Source of the DNA: a virus
Lineage: Duplodnaviria > Heunggongvirae > Uroviricota > Caudoviricetes
Virus record (IMG/VR): IMGVR_UViG_3300025009_000058
Reading direction: 5' to 3' (one strand)
Length of the DNA: 64,000 bases
Shown: positions 27,639-36,496 of the stretch, piece after piece
Layout of the letters: each line of letters opens with the position of its first letter
How positions within the stretch are numbered: position 1 is the first letter of the stretch
Notes under the pieces: generated by a model
Database searches by the model: none
Told to the model about the DNA's origin: nothing
The model's input: only the letters and a program-made list of their open reading frames with translations
Position numbers and translations under genes: made by a program

Positions 27639-27988
27639 TTTAAATGCTCCTTTAAGAATTCTTCATAATTAATAACAATGTGATCAGTCAACGCAGCTAA
27701 AGATTCTGAATCGTCTCCCATTTCAATATATTCTCTAATCATATCTTCTAGTAAATCATAGATGGAAATTAAGACTAATGGTACTGAATTTATTGAAATC
27801 TGAGCTAACATATCATCATCAATTTCTTCAGCAATTTCAATATCATGAAAAGCTTTAAACTCACGAAAAGTTTCATCAAAATTAATGTTTTTAGATAAAT
27901 AGACGCATCTAAGAGAGTGTATACCTCTTAATCTCTCAAGAGTAAATATAATACATTCATTTAACTCAGAAAGCTTAGGATCCAACAT
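27635..27988 (-). CDS. Hypothetical protein
   Basis: Trimmed to the internal Met (MLDPKLSEL..), which leaves the motif at 28015-28037 27 nt upstream. Confidence 0.45.
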   Translation of the reverse strand: MLDPKLSELNECIIFTLERLRGIHSLRCVYLSKNINFDETFREFKAFHDIEIAEEIDDDMLAQISINSVPLVLISIYDLLEDMIREYIEMGDDSESLAALTDHIVINYEEFLKEHLK

Positions 27989-28014
27989 TATATCCTCTTC
28001 AAATTTTATTTTAA

Positions 28015-28037
28015 TTGGTAAAAACAAATATAAGGCT
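28015..28037 (-). promoter_or_regulatory. Promoter-like motif, type 2 (ttggtaaaaacaaatataaggct)
   Basis: Upstream of 27635..27988. Confidence 0.45.
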
Positions 28038-28130
28038 TTTAAAATAATAAACTTAACTTAATTCAATTTAACAGAACTGAATATACTGTAACTTAATTCA
28101 ATCGAATATAAAGTAAAAGACTTAAAAATC

Positions 28131-28168
28131 AAATTTGAGGCCTCTATTAGACTAGAGGCCTCAAACTT
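28131..28168. repeat. GC-clamped perfect palindromic hairpin, copy 1 (tttgaggcctcta-N6-tagaggcctcaaa)
   Basis: 13-bp perfect arms containing AGGCCT, embedded in an AT-rich region with many aattcaat / actgaa words. Confidence 0.85.
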
Positions 28169-28300
28169 AATATAATTGAATCTAATAAACTGAAACTGAA
28201 CTAACCTGAATAAAGTGAAATTCAATTCAATAGAAGTTAATGCAATTCAATCTAATACAATTTAACTGAATCAATCTAGATATATTCAAATTTAATAATC

Positions 28301-28338
28301 AAATTTGAGGCCTCTAATCTAGTAGAGGCCTCAAACTT
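28301..28338. repeat. GC-clamped palindromic hairpin, copy 2
   Basis: aaatttgaggcctctaatctagtagaggcctcaaactt, with the same flanks (aatc aaatttgagg ... cctcaaacttaa) as copy 1, 170 bp away. Confidence 0.85.
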
Positions 28339-28413
28339 AACTTAATGAAATACAATCAAATCCACAGCAACTAAATATAGTAAAATAAAATGAAACCGAG
28401 CTTAATTGAATAA

Positions 28414-28998
28414 TTAAGATGTTGCAATTTTATTAGAAAAAGTTTTCTTGTAAAAATCAATGTCAGGAGTAAATAAAAGTTTATTTGACTTCTCTGGTGA
28501 TTTAAGTGCGTTCAATGTTTTAACGCTTGAGAATTGTTTTAACATTCCAAATTGAGCAATCTTAGAAATATAAGTTTGACGTTGCTCAGCTGGGAGGGAA
28601 TCAACATTTACTGATGTTAACTTTCTTATTGACCTAGATGCAGTCTTAGATATCCTCCTGCGTTCTCCATCTGTTAAATCTGATATCTCTGAAGGATTTA
28701 AGCACTTAATACAATCTTGCTTATATAATCGTTTCCATACTAGTCCATTGTTTCTAAGTACATAAGAAATAGCAGACAATAAGAATTGATATCCACTTCT
28801 GCTAGGTCTAGTATCTTTGTTGATTAAGATCATCATCTCTGCATCTGAAATAATGTCTCCTACTTGTTTTGAAGACAATAATGTAATCAACTGAGCAGTA
28901 AATACTGATTTATGTGGAAAATGTCTAATTTCTTGTGTTTCCATATCATAACTCAACTTCTTTATATGATTTAACAAGAAAACGTCCATATTCTCCAC
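28414..28998 (-). CDS. Hypothetical protein
   Basis: 194-aa ORF. Its start may be an internal Met, since the first 53 nt overlap the upstream gene. Confidence 0.5.
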   Translation of the reverse strand: MENMDVFLLNHIKKLSYDMETQEIRHFPHKSVFTAQLITLLSSKQVGDIISDAEMMILINKDTRPSRSGYQFLLSAISYVLRNNGLVWKRLYKQDCIKCLNPSEISDLTDGERRRISKTASRSIRKLTSVNVDSLPAEQRQTYISKIAQFGMLKQFSSVKTLNALKSPEKSNKLLFTPDIDFYKKTFSNKIATS

Positions 28999-29533
28999 CT
29001 TTTCTTGGACGCATAGCCAACAATCCTACAAATTTACCGGCTTTATCAAGATATTCAATAACCTTTTCAGACCTATCAATCAAAATAGGATCAATAATTA
29101 TGATTCTTGCTTTTCCAGTCCATTCTGTAATAACTGGAAATTTCTTCCATACCCTTGAACTTCCGCCCTTTTTACCATCAGAAGGTACAAACATTGGTAG
29201 ATAACTTACTGCACTTTCATCAATACCCAATTGGATATTTTCAGGAATTGATATGCCAGCTTCAAAATGTTTTGTGTAAGTTGCTTTGCCTTTACCAGGA
29301 ACTGATTCTGATAAAAATCTTGCACATTCAACTAAAGTGTTACTAAGTGCTCTACCAGGAATGTAAACTTCTTTAGTTGTTGGATCAAAATGAAGTCTTT
29401 CTTTCCAAGTCTTGTCTTCAAATTTTTCATGAGCATCTCCAGCTTCTTTTTTGGAGATAATAGGCTTATTATACAAAATTGGACTTGCGCTTGTTAATTC
29501 AACTTCAAAGCATTTGATTGTTTCTTTTTTCAT
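28946..29533 (-). CDS. Hypothetical protein
   Basis: Trimmed to the internal Met (MKKETIKCFEV..), which leaves the motif at 29561-29582 28 nt upstream. Confidence 0.5.
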   Translation of the reverse strand: MKKETIKCFEVELTSASPILYNKPIISKKEAGDAHEKFEDKTWKERLHFDPTTKEVYIPGRALSNTLVECARFLSESVPGKGKATYTKHFEAGISIPENIQLGIDESAVSYLPMFVPSDGKKGGSSRVWKKFPVITEWTGKARIIIIDPILIDRSEKVIEYLDKAGKFVGLLAMRPRKGGEYGRFLVKSYKEVEL

Positions 29534-29560
29534 CTTTATACCCTTTTTAATTGTTTTTAA

Positions 29561-29582
29561 TTGATAAAAACAAATATAAGGC
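29561..29582 (-). promoter_or_regulatory. Promoter-like motif, type 2 (ttgataaaaacaaatataaggc)
   Basis: Upstream of 28946..29533. Confidence 0.5.
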
Positions 29583-29665
29583 TTCACTCATATTAAACCT
29601 CATAAATTTAATATGGCGAAGCCTTTGGATTAAGAAGGAAAAGAGTGCTTTCTCAAAAAACCTTC

Positions 29666-30316
29666 TTAAATAAGAGTAGTACTGTATTTTAATATGTAAA
29701 ACTCTTCAAGTCTTTTATCTTTAAGAACAGTCTCAAGTTCACTTGCATTTTCCCCTACTTCAACTTCATCGACCTCCCCATCAAGAATAATTTGAAATGT
29801 CTCATGAGTAGGAAAAGATAAAGAGCTTACTGCATAAACATCTGCAATAATTGTATTTAATAAAGCCAAAGAGATTTCAGTAATAGTTTCATTGATTGAA
29901 TATACTGAGTCACAGCCCCAAAAACTAAGGCCCGTCAATACATCTGAGTCTACTGAAAAATTCCATAAAATCTTTGCATGTTCTTTGTTTAGCATTTTTA
30001 ATCTTCTTAGAAGATCTGAAAGCATCAAATGATAAAAATAGATTAATTGTGTTTTAACCCAGTAACGTCCAAAACTGTTAAGAGGTGGTAAATACCAACT
30101 GATTTTAGACTTAATAAATTCTTTTAGAAACATTTTCTGAAAGACCTGAATATAATTTAAAGCTATTATTTCAGAGTAATTTCCTTTTGCTCTTTGAAGC
30201 TCAGCTTCAAATTCTTTACAGCGTTCAACAAAGAATGGGAAGTTTAATACAGCTTGTTCAATGTCGGTTCTTGTTATAGGTTGTTTCAACCTATCTGTCA
30301 AGTATAACCTTTCCAT
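29666..30316 (-). CDS. Hypothetical protein
   Basis: 216-aa ORF. Confidence 0.55.
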   Translation of the reverse strand: MERLYLTDRLKQPITRTDIEQAVLNFPFFVERCKEFEAELQRAKGNYSEIIALNYIQVFQKMFLKEFIKSKISWYLPPLNSFGRYWVKTQLIYFYHLMLSDLLRRLKMLNKEHAKILWNFSVDSDVLTGLSFWGCDSVYSINETITEISLALLNTIIADVYAVSSLSFPTHETFQIILDGEVDEVEVGENASELETVLKDKRLEEFYILKYSTTLI

Positions 30317-30363
30317 TTAGTACCTCTATTTTAGTTATTTATTTACCCTGTTTTTCAAGGAGT

Positions 30364-30627
30364 TTAAAATCTATTCCTTTCATGATAAAACTTTGATTTT
30401 ACCCAATGTTTTCTTTTCCTTTTCTCAATAAAAACTTCTTTTGGGATTTCAAATAGTGCATTACTAAGCTTGAAAATCTCAGGTACTAGTCTTTCAGGTG
30501 TCTTAATTATTATCTCGAACAATTCAATGTTTCTTAATTTACTATTAATTGACACCATATGAGATATTAATTGAGCTTCTATTTCACCAAAATCAACTCC
30601 GATTATAGCAATTTTATTATGACTCAT
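30364..30627 (-). CDS. Hypothetical protein
   Basis: Trimmed to the internal Met (MSHNKIAIIG..) to remove a 134-nt overlap with 30617..30850. Confidence 0.4.
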   Translation of the reverse strand: MSHNKIAIIGVDFGEIEAQLISHMVSINSKLRNIELFEIIIKTPERLVPEIFKLSNALFEIPKEVFIEKRKRKHWVKSKFYHERNRF

Positions 30628-30850
30628 CAGGTTTAACTCTAAAATTTTCAGGATATGAAATAATATCAAATAGTGACACTGAAATTCTATCTGCCCATCT
30701 CTCTTTGCTAAATTTACCTGCTTTTGATTGTAGATCTTTTCCCTCTTCAATAGCTTTTAAAAGTCTTGACACATTTAATAATGATATAGACTTTCCTCCT
30801 TTGAGAGTTATTCTCTCTATTTCACTACTGCTATATATAAGTTGTGTCAT
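30617..30850 (-). CDS. Hypothetical protein
   Basis: 77-aa ORF. Confidence 0.4.
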   Translation of the reverse strand: MTQLIYSSSEIERITLKGGKSISLLNVSRLLKAIEEGKDLQSKAGKFSKERWADRISVSLFDIISYPENFRVKPDES

Positions 30851-30858
30851 TTAAAACC

Positions 30859-31146
30859 TCAAATAAATGCTATATCTTTGCATTGAACTGTAATATCTAT
30901 TTTATGGGTAAAAGACCAAACAAGAACAGATTTATTACTAAATCTATCATCAATAATGACAGGATTACAAATTGTTATACTACCTTTAGGTAATATATTG
31001 CCCATTTTGGTTTTTATTCTTTTTTTCACTTGGATTAAAACATAATTATCAAAATGTCCTTTATATTGAGGATAAGTCATTACTTGCTCGTAAGCATTCT
31101 GTCTTAATTTTAAAACTATTAGAGCATCAGCCATTTTAGACCTCAA
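30859..31146 (-). CDS. Hypothetical protein
   Basis: 95-aa ORF. Confidence 0.45.
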   Translation of the reverse strand: MRSKMADALIVLKLRQNAYEQVMTYPQYKGHFDNYVLIQVKKRIKTKMGNILPKGSITICNPVIIDDRFSNKSVLVWSFTHKIDITVQCKDIAFI

Positions 31147-31148
31147 GA

Positions 31149-31364
31149 TTATTTTTCTTTTTTCATAATGAAAGAATCACAATATGTCTGTTTGTGTTTA
31201 TTAGTACTTTTTAAATTAAAGCATTCTCTATACACATAACATGAATTAATAGATTTCCTATAAACAATCTCTAAAGTTTTGTTATCACTACCAAAACCTA
31301 TTGAAATTAGAACCTTTGCATTGATTAATTTTTCATTAGTTACAATCTGTATTTTATTAGCCAT
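31149..31364 (-). CDS. Hypothetical protein
   Basis: 71-aa ORF. Confidence 0.4.
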   Translation of the reverse strand: MANKIQIVTNEKLINAKVLISIGFGSDNKTLEIVYRKSINSCYVYRECFNLKSTNKHKQTYCDSFIMKKEK

Positions 31365-31382
31365 GTAAATCCTTTTTATTTG

Positions 31383-31456
31383 CGGAGGCGTTAGGACTCG
31401 AACCTAAATCCCATATCATTTCTGATACGATAATTACCATTATTACAACATCTCCG
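31383..31456 (-). tRNA. tRNA-like element, possibly a tRNA pseudogene or a noncanonical tRNA
   Basis: The minus-strand sequence folds with a canonical T-arm (TTAGG-TTCGAGT-CCTAA). It has a 7-8 bp acceptor stem (GGAGATG / CGCCTCC with one A-C mismatch), a D-arm with GG in the loop and a total length of 73 nt. The anticodon arm is TATC-AGAAAT-GATA, a 6-nt loop that lacks U33. No tRNA search program could be run. Confidence 0.4.
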
Positions 31457-31498
31457 TAATCAAAGTACGTTTTTAATTCCTTTGATTGCTAGCCTATT

Positions 31499-32446
31499 TT
31501 ATTGATTAGGACCTAACAATGAGCCTGTTTGTACGGGTATTGGCCCATAATGATTTGCTGGGACATATCTTCCATCCCATCTTTTAATTTCTTCATATTT
31601 ATTTTGTAGCCGGATTTTTTCCAATTCATATTGCATAAATGAAGCAGTCAATATGTAGTACTTTTGTAGGCCTTCTCCTTCTTTGAACTTAGCCTTAGCA
31701 TTGATTTCTGCCGCAGCGAGATTTCCTTCCGCAATTAATACTTTCGCTGTCTTTTGAGCCTCTGCCTGTTTTACTTGCTTTTGAGCTTCTTGTTCTGCAA
31801 TCAATAATTCTTGTTGTTTTACTTTCACTTGTTGAGCTTCAGCCATAGTTCGTTCAATTTGCTTCTCAAATTGTTCTGACCAGTCGTAGTTAATGATTTT
31901 GAAATTATCTACCAAGACAGGATAGATTTTTAATTCCTGCTTTATAAGAGCTTCGACTTGACCAGCAATCATTTGCTGATTAGCTGCGACATCAAATATA
32001 GTATATTTACCAATAACTTGCTTAAATGCGGATTGAAGAGTTCGATAAACAATGCTCTTCATCTTGTCAACGCCCACTTTTTGCCACAGATAATGCAGTT
32101 TGTATTCATTGTTAGATATAAATAGTTTAGTACTCGCACCGACTGTTTGGTTATCTTTTGTAATAGCGCCTTCCGGACCTACAAGAACATCAACTTCTAT
32201 TTCTTCAGGCCGCACAGACAAAACTTCAACCGATTGAAAGAATGGCATAGTAAATTGAACGCCAGGATTAAGTGTACTTTGTTCAAGTTTACCCATGTTA
32301 AAACGCAAACCTCGAGAACCTTCTGGTATGATTGTAATAACCATCCAGAGAACGATTAAGATACCAAAGATACCTAAACCGATTTTCAATCCTTTGCTTG
32401 ATTTCAAAGTATTGAGTAATTGTTGCATTGGTGATTCGTAAGCCAT
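31499..32446 (-). CDS. SPFH / Band-7 (prohibitin/HflK-like) membrane protein
   Basis: 315 aa. It has an N-terminal TM segment (IGLGIFGILIVLWMVITII), an SPFH-like core (..VDVLVGPEGAITKDNQTV..) and a long Ala/Gln/Glu/Lys coiled-coil. Confidence 0.55.
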   Translation of the reverse strand: MAYESPMQQLLNTLKSSKGLKIGLGIFGILIVLWMVITIIPEGSRGLRFNMGKLEQSTLNPGVQFTMPFFQSVEVLSVRPEEIEVDVLVGPEGAITKDNQTVGASTKLFISNNEYKLHYLWQKVGVDKMKSIVYRTLQSAFKQVIGKYTIFDVAANQQMIAGQVEALIKQELKIYPVLVDNFKIINYDWSEQFEKQIERTMAEAQQVKVKQQELLIAEQEAQKQVKQAEAQKTAKVLIAEGNLAAAEINAKAKFKEGEGLQKYYILTASFMQYELEKIRLQNKYEEIKRWDGRYVPANHYGPIPVQTGSLLGPNQ

Positions 32447-32477
32447 TATAGCTCCTTTTATTGTTTGAATTAATTTA

Positions 32478-32499
32478 TTGACAAAACAAATATATCTCT
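32478..32499 (-). promoter_or_regulatory. Promoter-like motif copy (ttgacaaaacaaatatatctct)
   Basis: 32 nt upstream of the 32446 start. Confidence 0.5.
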
Positions 32500-32598
32500 T
32501 CTAATAAAAATGCCTCTTAAGTTTTAAATGCTTCCAATTGTGGGGGGTCAATTGGACATATTAAAGACAAAAGAGGCAAACTTTATTTAATCAAAAAA

Positions 32599-32620
32599 GT
32601 ACAAAACAAAAATAATACAT
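32599..32620 (-). promoter_or_regulatory. Degenerate promoter-like motif (gtacaaaacaaaaataatacat)
   Basis: Lacks the TTGACA end. It lies just downstream of the thyX stop. Confidence 0.3.
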
Positions 32621-32628
32621 CAGTGATT

Positions 32629-33534
32629 CTATTTTTTATTTAATTTACTGAAAGGTGAGGAAATGCCTAGTAATTTCAACTTAGATTCAAACTCATCTAA
32701 TTCTCTTGAAACCTTAATATAAGAATTATCAACATACGACAACCAACCAAATTCTGTGGCCAATTCAAAAATATCTTTTGGAGTATATTTCTCAGCAATG
32801 ATCATTTGTATTAAGTTATAGTCTTTCTGGAAAAGTTTTAAAGAATATAACTCATACTCTTCAAATGCAGACCATGATATTGGGAACTCTTCTTTAACAA
32901 ATTCTGCAATAGCCAAAGCATACTGATGGATCTCATATTGTGCATGCGAGTCCAATCGAAGTCTTAAAAAGTTAAATAAGTTATGCAAATCAATCTTCCA
33001 ATAAGCTTCTGTATAAGTTGATAATGGAAGATCTTTTCTTGCTTGTTCTTTTGCAACTCCAGCTTCAATTCGTTCATTATATATTCTTGTAGCGATAGCT
33101 TGAAAATTTTTCTCATCTTTTGAAAGATTATGGGCTAATATAGGGTTTATATCTTCAAGTTTTCCAGCAGAACCTTGTTTATTGTCTTGAGCTTGTACTC
33201 TCCACTGATTTTGTGCAGTTTCTTGTTTCTCATCAATTGCTAATGAATATCTGGTTGAATATTCATTTACATTTGCAGTTCTATGTCTAATCCATTGACG
33301 CCAACAATCCATAGGAACTTTAACATGAAATTTCATTTCAACCATTTCAAATGGTGATGTGTGCCCATGTCTATAAAGATATTTTATTAAACCTTTGTCT
33401 TCAGAGACTTTTTTAGTACCAGCACCATATGAAACTCTTGCTGCTTGAACAATTGAGTCATCAGAGCCCATTACATCAACAAGGCGTACAAATCCCTTAT
33501 CTAAAACATTAATTTTTCTACTCCACTGTTCCAT
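32629..33534 (-). CDS. thyX: Flavin-dependent thymidylate synthase ThyX
   Basis: The ThyX signature RHRTANVNEYSTRY (RHR-x7-S) is present, along with HGHTSPFEMV and an N-terminal VLDKGFVRLVDVMGSD. Confidence 0.85.
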   Translation of the reverse strand: MEQWSRKINVLDKGFVRLVDVMGSDDSIVQAARVSYGAGTKKVSEDKGLIKYLYRHGHTSPFEMVEMKFHVKVPMDCWRQWIRHRTANVNEYSTRYSLAIDEKQETAQNQWRVQAQDNKQGSAGKLEDINPILAHNLSKDEKNFQAIATRIYNERIEAGVAKEQARKDLPLSTYTEAYWKIDLHNLFNFLRLRLDSHAQYEIHQYALAIAEFVKEEFPISWSAFEEYELYSLKLFQKDYNLIQMIIAEKYTPKDIFELATEFGWLSYVDNSYIKVSRELDEFESKLKLLGISSPFSKLNKK

Positions 33535-33815
33535 TATTTTTTTCCTTTAAATATTAATATGGTATTATCGATGATTAACAATAAACCCCAGAGGATAAAC
33601 ATAGAACCAAAAGAATAAGCAATAATATCAGTAGGCCATTCACTGACAGGTTTTAAACTAAATAAGTTTATTACTATCTGTAAGCCAATTGAAAAAATAA
33701 ATACACCAAGAGAAATGAGAAATATACCTGACATAATTGATGATTTCACTATTACCTCTTTTAATAATAAAAAATAATGGCCGGTATTGCTACCAGCCAT
33801 AAATGAATAATGCAA
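33534..33815 (-). CDS. Small two-TM membrane protein
   Basis: 93 aa with two hydrophobic helices. Confidence 0.45.
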   Translation of the reverse strand: MHYSFMAGSNTGHYFLLLKEVIVKSSIMSGIFLISLGVFIFSIGLQIVINLFSLKPVSEWPTDIIAYSFGSMFILWGLLLIIDNTILIFKGKK

Positions 33816-33920
33816 AAAGAATCACGTGTTTGTCTTGGAGTCCGTTATGTAAGCGGTTTTAAAGACGTTTAGAGTGACACTACGTGTTCATCACTTTTGA
33901 CCAATTCGAATTGGTCAAAC

Positions 33921-34688
33921 TTAAAATATATTACGATCTATCATATATGATCTATAAGCATGTAAACTATTAATAAGAACAATAAGTTTACCGGGTTCAA
34001 TTGGCACTCCATCAACTAGTTGATCATTAATTCTTTTAGTTACCCAATCATTTAATTTTCCAGCAAGGTACATGTCATTGATAAAATGCGTGTAAAAATC
34101 ACAACTCCTCATGTGATAAAACATAATCAATTTATTATCACGAATCAACCAAGAATAATCTAAAGAACAAGAAACCCGTCCAGTTTGTTCATTCATGTCT
34201 TGGTCAAGATCACTTGAATAGATATTTAATACTTGACGTCTTGAATTCCTATCTAATACAAGTTGATTAATAATACGAAGCAGAAGATTATTACGGAAGA
34301 AGCGCTCATTGTAAGTATATTCAAAACGACCATTAACCATAATTGGTTCCCAAACATACCGACGTAATTTCCAAGCTTCACCAGGATTGGGACTAATAGC
34401 TGATTCATCTACTCTTTCAAGAAACTCAACATTGGCCCATGCAAGAACGTTATCTGGTTGTTCTATTGAATCTTTATAGATAAAAGCATAAGCCTTTTTA
34501 ACTTCAGCTAATGGGTCTAGTATTGAGAATGTTTCTCCTTGAATTTCTTTAGTAGTATACTTCTCAACAAGTTCAGGTGTGTCAAGTTTTTTGTTCTGAA
34601 ATGACTTAAGTCTAACCTCTTGACCCATTTCGAATAAGTTTCTTTGTGTTTCTTTCACTGTCTCGTAAAGATTTTTGTAAATCCTCAT
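33921..34688 (-). CDS. T4 gp42-like deoxycytidylate 5-hydroxymethylase (ThyA-family)
   Basis: 255 aa. The C-terminal half aligns to ThyA/dCMP-hydroxymethylase motifs: SRRQVLNIYS, the catalytic Cys in RVSCSLDYSWLIRD, MRSCDF, FINDMY (Asp at the ThyA Asn177 / T4 gp42 Asp179 position) and GKLIVLINSLHAY. The alignment to T4 gp42 is from memory. Confidence 0.6.
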   Translation of the reverse strand: MRIYKNLYETVKETQRNLFEMGQEVRLKSFQNKKLDTPELVEKYTTKEIQGETFSILDPLAEVKKAYAFIYKDSIEQPDNVLAWANVEFLERVDESAISPNPGEAWKLRRYVWEPIMVNGRFEYTYNERFFRNNLLLRIINQLVLDRNSRRQVLNIYSSDLDQDMNEQTGRVSCSLDYSWLIRDNKLIMFYHMRSCDFYTHFINDMYLAGKLNDWVTKRINDQLVDGVPIEPGKLIVLINSLHAYRSYMIDRNIF

Positions 34689-34911
34689 ATTCTTCTCCTT
34701 TAACTATGAAGTCTTTAGTATTTATATAACGATTAAATTCAACAATTTCACCTTCAGCTAAGTCTCTTATAGCAAAACCATTTATATCTTGTATGCCAAA
34801 ATTTCTAAATACATTAATAGATTTTGATTTTTCTTTAAAAGAGATGGGCTCACCTTTTTTAATTTTGACTAGACATTTACATTTAAAAATGTATTTATGT
34901 TTATCTCCCAT
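34612..34911 (-). CDS. Hypothetical protein
   Basis: 99-aa ORF whose 3' end overlaps the downstream gene's start. One of the two starts is probably an internal Met. Confidence 0.35.
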   Translation of the reverse strand: MGDKHKYIFKCKCLVKIKKGEPISFKEKSKSINVFRNFGIQDINGFAIRDLAEGEIVEFNRYINTKDFIVKGEEYEDLQKSLRDSERNTKKLIRNGSRG

Positions 34912-35173
34912 TTCTAAATTCCTGTATTAGTTCTTTACCTAATTCAAATACCTCCTCAACTTTAAAATCAACTGTATTTAATGATATCCAAACCCCTTTT
35001 TTTGTTGGCAGCCAAGTACCTGTTTCAGAAAGAGTATATAACCTAATATCAAGATAAAACTTATTACTTAATTCCATTATTGTAAGTTTTATCTTGGTAC
35101 TGTCACTCATTTCAATTTCTTTACTTTGATGAGCAACACCAGTAAATTCTTTTTTTACTTTGCTATTTGCCAT
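34901..35173 (-). CDS. Hypothetical protein
   Basis: 90-aa ORF. Confidence 0.45.
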   Translation of the reverse strand: MANSKVKKEFTGVAHQSKEIEMSDSTKIKLTIMELSNKFYLDIRLYTLSETGTWLPTKKGVWISLNTVDFKVEEVFELGKELIQEFRNGR

Positions 35174-35460
35174 TTATCATCCAAGAAGATAAAAACTTCA
35201 ATTGGTATAACTTGCTTACCAAAAGATTTCCTAGTTAATTTCTTAAAATTTTGAATTGCTCTTCTACGATTTACTGCTCTTGTTGAGAATTCATATCCTT
35301 TTACATCACATTTATAAAGATTTAAATTCTCTTGAAGAGATATAACCTTTTGTTTACCATCAATCTCAACTTGTACACTTCCTTCTAAATCTAAATTAAA
35401 TTCAGTTACAATACTCTTTACATCTAGCTTTGATAATGAATGCTTAAATTTATCTTTCAT
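35155..35460 (-). CDS. Hypothetical protein
   Basis: 101-aa ORF. Confidence 0.45.
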   Translation of the reverse strand: MKDKFKHSLSKLDVKSIVTEFNLDLEGSVQVEIDGKQKVISLQENLNLYKCDVKGYEFSTRAVNRRRAIQNFKKLTRKSFGKQVIPIEVFIFLDDKWQIAK

Positions 35461-35490
35461 AAACCAGGAAAGGGACCTGAGTCCCTTTCA

Positions 35491-35910
35491 TTAATTTGCT
35501 ACAACTTCTGTAGGGATAATAAGAGAAATTGCTTTTGCATTTTCAACAATCTCATCTTTAAATGAGCCACCAGATGTTTCAATTTTTCTCTTGCATTGAC
35601 GAAGTTTTTCTCTACCTGAACTTGTATGGGGAAGAGAAAAGGTATCAAGTAGATCTTTAATTTTGTGGGGCTTTCCATCAGAAACAATTTCAAAGAATTT
35701 TTCAAAGATTGAATCGCCTTTTGAAGCTTTCTGCGTCTTTAAATCAGCAGGAGCAGTTTCAACTTGTTTCAATGATTTAACAGCTGATTTTGTTTGTTCA
35801 ACTGGAACAACAGTCTCTGTTTTTTCAATTTGCGTAGATTCAACTGGAGCATCAGCCTTTTGTTTAACTGTTTCTCCATTGCTTAACCTTAAACCTGATA
35901 ATTTTGCCAT
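35491..35910 (-). CDS. Basic DNA-binding-like protein (MAKLSGL.. family)
   Basis: 139 aa. It shares the MAKL(A/S)GL start and a K-rich character with 36497..36943. RBS GGGAGG. Confidence 0.5.
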   Translation of the reverse strand: MAKLSGLRLSNGETVKQKADAPVESTQIEKTETVVPVEQTKSAVKSLKQVETAPADLKTQKASKGDSIFEKFFEIVSDGKPHKIKDLLDTFSLPHTSSGREKLRQCKRKIETSGGSFKDEIVENAKAISLIIPTEVVAN

Positions 35911-35953
35911 TTTTAATTAGGCCTCCCGACCTTGTTTTGTTAATAAAATAAAA

Positions 35954-35975
35954 TTGACAAAACAAATATAATGCT
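35954..35975 (-). promoter_or_regulatory. Promoter-like motif copy (ttgacaaaacaaatataatgct)
   Basis: 44 nt upstream of the 35910 start. Confidence 0.5.
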
Positions 35976-35980
35976 TCTTG

Positions 35981-36391
35981 TCAGCGATCTTTTAAAGCCC
36001 TTTCTAATTCTAGTATATGGCGTTTAATGTCATCAACAGATTTTAATTCAAATTCATCCAACTCAATTCCAGGTTCAAAAAAAGATTCCACTTCTAATTC
36101 ATATTTATAGAATAAAATTTCTTTTTTTGTAAGATCAGTTTCTTCTTCCCATTTCTTTTCAAGTTCTCTTAATGCTGCATCAAGCTTTTTTAAGTGAGGA
36201 TTATTTTGCTTCCATATGATATCAATTTGTTCTAGCTTTTGCGAACCCAATGAAGTCTGGAATACTTTATTATTTAATCTTTTCCCCTCAATTACTTTAT
36301 ATCTTGAACCATCAACATTTTTAGATTTATTAAACAATTCTTGTAAAAATTTTGGACGTCCAGCAATATCATTTGTTGTATCTATTCCCAT
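35981..36391 (-). CDS. Hypothetical protein
   Basis: 136-aa ORF. Confidence 0.5.
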   Translation of the reverse strand: MGIDTTNDIAGRPKFLQELFNKSKNVDGSRYKVIEGKRLNNKVFQTSLGSQKLEQIDIIWKQNNPHLKKLDAALRELEKKWEEETDLTKKEILFYKYELEVESFFEPGIELDEFELKSVDDIKRHILELERALKDR

Positions 36392-36496
36392 ATCTTCCTC
36401 AAATGATTAATTGTTCCCTAATACGACATAAGCCCATTCAATACTTTCTCTGTTATGAGTATTTCTTGAATGGGCTTAAATCATGACATGGGATAT

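Noticed and set aside
28128-28338. CRISPR array
   Set aside because: There are only two repeat copies. They are long perfect palindromes and there are no unique spacers of regular length. No cas genes are present.
31383-31456. attP / integrative element implied by the tRNA-like 3' end
   Set aside because: No integrase, excisionase or repressor module is visible in the window. Overall gene content looks strictly lytic. Integration is kept only as a remote possibility.
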